Source: Selaginella moellendorffii (Eukaryota > Plantae > Lycopodiophyta). Taken from it: a stretch of 64,000 nt of DNA. Each line of letters starts with the position of its first letter. Within the stretch, counting starts at the first letter, position 1. Below are positions 61,655-64,000 of this stretch, piece after piece. Under the pieces are notes generated by a model. The model saw only the letters and a list, made by a program, of their open reading frames with translations, was not told where the DNA came from and did not search any database. The position numbers and the translations under genes are program-made. The stretch is from assembly GCF_000143415.4 (NCBI RefSeq), contig NW_003314308.1:1344654-1408653 (forward strand). The letters run 5' to 3'.

Positions 61655-63558
61655 ATGGCTGCGATGGCGCAGCAAGCGGGAGGAGGTGATGGAGCCGGCA
61701 CTGGTGGTGGCGGCGGTGGCGGCGGCGGTGGCGGTGCCGGGCCACGGAAGACGAGCGTCTCGTTCGGATCGCTCATGCCATTCCTCCAGACGCTTGTGGC
61801 GCCGGAGCAAAATCTCCAGCTCGTGGCGCTCTATGCGAAGATGAAGGTGTGTTCTTTCGCCGCTTTCTAGCTCCACTTGTCTTGATCGCCCTCCACCACA
61901 CCACAGGAGGAGAAGATCTCCCGCGAGGATTTCGTGAGGGGAGCTCGCGTCGTCGCGGGAGAGAAGGTGATTCTGGAAGCTCTCAGTCGGATGAACTCGA
62001 GGGTATGGTGCACGAGAATTTCTACTCGATCGACCCGCGAATTTTTTCATTTTTGTGTCGCCAATGTAGCCTCCACAGGCGCTACACCCAGAACAACCCC
62101 CAGCGCTTGGTGATGGATCATCACAGCAGCCACCATTTACTCCACCAGAACGAAAGCAGCTCGTGAGGAAAGCTTCTGATATGGCCATGACGTCGGGCGG
62201 ACAAGCCAGGTTCCAAATTTGTTTTCTTCCCTCCTTTTGCTCGATCTCACGAGCTTTTGCAGTAAGAAACAAAAGGCTGATCCGGTCCAAAGCCTTGAGC
62301 AGATCAACGATGTAACTGCTGTTGGTGGCGTCAACTTGAAAGTAGAGTTTCTTTTCTTGCTCGCGTTTCGGTTTTCTTACTCTTTTGATTTCAGGAAGAA
62401 GAAGAGCGCTTGCTCACTGCTCCGAGAGAAGAAAGCCGGACTACACCTGAGATGCGAAGGAAGTTTATGGAGGAGGAAGGCCGATTTTTCTTGGAGAAAG
62501 GTCCACTACATACTAAAGTACAAGAAATTGGTATAAAGATTTTGGAGCCATATCGGTGATGCCATTGGTGCCTCTACTTGCAGCCGCGAAACATGGACTC
62601 AAAAGCATCAGTGAGGACGTGGAGCGTTGCTTGTCGATGGTAAGCGTCCCCGTCGTGAAAATTGAGCTTATAGTTTGTGATCCAGAGTGCGGAGGAATTG
62701 TTGTGGGGCTTTCTTCTCAAAACCATCAAAGTGTCCAAGCAGGTACCAGTTTTGCAAACTTCATTTTCAAGTCTCACTGCCCCGCTTCCAGAGATGCGAC
62801 GTTGAAAAGGAACGGCACAGGGTTATGGCGACGCTAGATTTTCAGAAGCAAATCACGGCCATGAGGAAAGAGCAACGGGAATTTCGGCAAAGAAAGCAAG
62901 CCGAAGAAGCCGAGAGATTACGCAAGCTCAACGAGGTTAATGCATCACTCTTTTGAGTGATCCAAGCCCCAAGTTAACTTGTGTCGTGCAGGAGAAAGGA
63001 CCACAAGCAACTGAAGAATCAACTCCAAAATCTCAAAAGGTGAGCACGCTCATGTATGCTTATTTATTTTTTCCTGATGCTTCCAGTGTGTGCCAGGCAC
63101 AACAACAAAACGATGACAAGTTGAGAACCACGGCGGCAAACATTGCAGCTCGCAAGGCTGTGGGAGCCGACGACGTGCTCTCCAAGTGGATGCTAATGGC
63201 CGAACAGAGACAGCAAAAGCAAGCAGCTGCTGGTAAGCTCTTGCAAGTTTGGAAAGCGGAAAAGAATACTTCGTGAGCTTGTAGATGGCTGGGGAAACGC
63301 AGGAACACCAGTTGCCGGCAAGCAGCAGTTCGGTGGTAAGCTCGTTTCCGAGCGATGATGCGTTCCTGACAAACTTTCTTGATAGCTGCGACGCCTCGAG
63401 TGAATGCCCGGCGCTCTGCTCTACCTCAAGCCACCAGAGCTCGGTCGATCATACTCCGGGACCTGGTGGCCTGCCTGGAGAGGGAGCCGGGCATGTCGAC
63501 GTCCCCTCTCCTGTACAGATTCTACGAGCGATTGTCGAGCGAGGAGGTGAATTACTAG
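61655..63558 (+). CDS. TAF4: TFIID subunit TAF4-like protein (RST domain + TAF4 histone-fold domain)
   Basis: RST-like SFGSLMPFL...YAKMK/EEKISREDFVRGARVVAG; EQINDVTAVGGVNLKEEE, DVERCLSM, RTTAANIAARKAVG.DDVLSKW and DLVACLEREP; TAG at 63556-63558. Confidence 0.9.
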
Positions 63559-64000
63559 AGGAGCACACATTCTAACACTTGCGAGAGATCGAGAGCGTCA
63601 TTTCTCTCCAGGAAAATGGGCCAAGCCTGCGTTTTTGCGGTGTTCGTGGCAGGCAAACAAGAGATCTTCAATGTTGACTTGAGGATAGGTCCCGGGATCG
63701 ATACCCGGCAAGAGAGGAATTTGGCCCGCCGCATGTCATGTCATGTCATAACAGACCTCGTAACGCCACCTAATCACACGAACGACCAAAAAAGAAAATC
63801 CCCCCAATTTATTTCTCGAAAACAAATAACCCCAAAATAGGCCCCCGGCGCCGCCGCCGTCCGATGCGGGCGGCGATCCGACGGCCCGGACCCCAGGCAC
63901 CGCCATTCAATCTGGTTTGCGCAAAGAAAGAAAGAAGAAGAAAAGAAAAAACTCACGCCGAGAAACACACCACGCCGGTGGTGGTGTTTGTGTAGTACCA

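Overview
Eukaryotic nuclear DNA from a gene-dense land plant with very short (~50-60 nt) GT-AG introns and many PLS-type PPR genes. The style fits a lycophyte such as Selaginella (inference). The window has two parts. (1) Positions ~1-52.5 kb are a duplication-churned accessory region. An ancestral module [SUV3 helicase > intronless F-box gene > < CYP51 < PPR] was amplified repeatedly, leaving four intact F-box paralogues with mosaic sequence, one intact CYP51G1, one long PLS-E PPR ORF, one orphan multi-exon gene and many deletion-riddled relics. It is followed by a ~10-12 kb tandem segmental duplication carrying four copies of a header + P-loop NTPase + restriction-endonuclease-like gene, which resembles Crinkler/RHS-type (CR) effectors. 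Every copy has lost or disconnected its nuclease domain, through three distinct lesions. This part also holds a probable solo LTR and a nested TRIM retroelement with a target-site duplication. (2) Positions ~52.6-64 kb are an ordinary single-copy block: a coiled-coil protein, Golgi alpha-mannosidase II, casein kinase I and TAF4. The most promising novel element is the CR-like NTPase-nuclease array beside the diversifying F-box array. All calls come from reading the sequence by eye; no searches were run.
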